DNA of 32,000 nucleotides from Dickeya dadantii NCPPB 898 (GTDB lineage Bacteria; Pseudomonadota; Gammaproteobacteria; Enterobacterales; Enterobacteriaceae): NCBI RefSeq assembly GCF_000406145.1, contig NZ_CM001976.1, positions 2,831,337 to 2,863,336 of the forward strand, read 5' to 3'. Shown piece by piece: positions 24,935 to 32,000 of this stretch (position 1 is its first letter; each line of letters starts with the position of its first letter). The notes under the pieces were generated by a model. It saw only the letters and a program-made list of their open reading frames with translations, ran no database searches and was not told where the DNA came from. The position numbers and the translations under genes were made by a program.

Positions 24935-24965
24935 TAAAAAAACGGGCAGGATGCCCCGCCCGTTT
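24935..24965 (-). terminator. Rho-independent terminator after the esterase gene
   Basis: The reverse strand reads ACGGGC-ggggcatcct-GCCCGT-ttttttt. Confidence 0.85.
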
Positions 24966-24987
24966 CCATATCTGACCTGCGCGATGG

Positions 24988-27914
<2,927 letters not shown>

Positions 27915-27934
27915 TTAACGGCGAGCGTCAACAG

Positions 27935-27958
27935 CCTGCGGATATCGCTATCCGCAGG
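27935..27958. other. Perfect 10-bp intercistronic hairpin between bglB and bglH
   Basis: cctgcggata-tcgc-tatccgcagg. There is no T-run, so it is more likely an mRNA-stability or partial-termination element. Confidence 0.45.
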
Positions 27959-27977
27959 TTGATTTCAGATATATTTA

Positions 27978-29378
<1,401 letters not shown>

Positions 29379-29407
29379 TCATCTCCTTTTTTCTGTTCAA
29401 TAATCAT

Positions 29408-31519
<2,112 letters not shown>

Positions 31520-31597
31520 TTATTCTGACAAGCCTGTCACCCAGGCAATCTGTTATTTTGTGATATCACGCAAACTTCGGTTTTCCGTACCCGAGGT

Positions 31598-32000
31598 TTA
31601 TTCGGCCGCCTGCTCCTGCAATTCCGAACGCACCCGTTCGATATGAATAGCCAGAAACATCAGCTCCTCCTTAGTCAGGGTATAATCGTAATTCAGCATA
31701 ATGTGATCCTGAATTTTTTCAGCGCAGTGATACGCCAGCGTATATTTTTCTTTCACCACATCGTGCAGCGATTCGTCTTCGCTGAATACCGGCGTGCGCC
31801 CCAATAATCGCTGTGCAAAAAACTTCAGATGAGTCACAAACCGGTGATAGCTGAACGCCTGCTCGTTATAGTCGAGATTCAGCTGGTATTTGACGATATT
31901 CAGGATTTCCTGCATCACGCGGGTAATCCGCATCACTTCCGGCATATGGCTGTCCAGTTGGGCATTCACCAGATGCAACGCAATAAAACCCGCTTCATCT
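31598..32000 (-). CDS. bglG: BglG/ArbG-family transcriptional antiterminator (PRD domains), C-terminal part; the gene continues beyond the window
   Basis: The frame is open to the window edge. The PRD-like sequence HRFVTHLKFFAQRL ... FLAIHIERV is present, and the gene lies upstream of the RAT/terminator and bglF. Confidence 0.85.
   Translation of the reverse strand, partial: DEAGFIALHLVNAQLDSHMPEVMRITRVMQEILNIVKYQLNLDYNEQAFSYHRFVTHLKFFAQRLLGRTPVFSEDESLHDVVKEKYTLAYHCAEKIQDHIMLNYDYTLTKEELMFLAIHIERVRSELQEQAAE

Noticed and set aside
8339-24935. Searched the accessory region for an integrase or recombinase, intact IS ends, att-type direct repeats of the tRNA 3' end, a prepilin peptidase, and gspH/gspN.
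   Set aside because: None was found by eye. The only mobile-element trace is the internal IS3 orfB fragment. The right boundary near 24810-24935 shows no copy of the tRNA 3' end.

Overview
By gene content and order this is an enterobacterial chromosome segment, probably Pectobacteriaceae or Dickeya-like (inference). It has three parts.

(1) 1-8.3 kb is a conserved core block: rnt, grxD, mepH(ydhO), the small ORF ynhF/cydH (absent from the ORF track), purR, cfa, ribC and mdtK. It ends at tRNA-Val valV.

(2) About 8.3-24.9 kb is an AT-rich, mosaic accessory region wrapped around the two tRNA-Val genes. valV and valW are normally adjacent but are 3.4 kb apart here. The region contains:
- ccdA/ccdB remnants and an immobile IS3 orfB fragment.
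- Two paralogous cassettes, each a PulS/OutS/YacC-like pilotin lipoprotein gene plus an uncharacterised Sec-secreted 4-Cys, Gly/Ala-rich protein gene. The first cassette's pilotin is a pseudogene.
- A Tat-signal PL1 pectin/pectate-lyase-like gene broken by two 1-nt frameshifts, plus a 3' fragment of a second copy.
- A compact second T2SS operon, gspC-D-E-F-G-I-J-K-L-M, with no gspH/N/O, no adjacent pilotin and a short PDZ-less GspC. It resembles what I recall of the Dickeya Stt/PnlH system.
- One ~0.4-0.5 kb AT-rich 5' region present three times: in front of both cassettes and in front of the T2SS operon. The operon copy includes a degenerate first ~26 codons of the pilotin gene.

(3) 25-32 kb is a bglG-bglF-bglB-bglH (arb-type) aryl-beta-glucoside operon with a RAT/terminator riboregulator and an appended secreted esterase gene.

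I saw no CRISPR array, rRNA gene or integrase. All similarity statements are by-eye alignments and recollection of protein families, not database searches.
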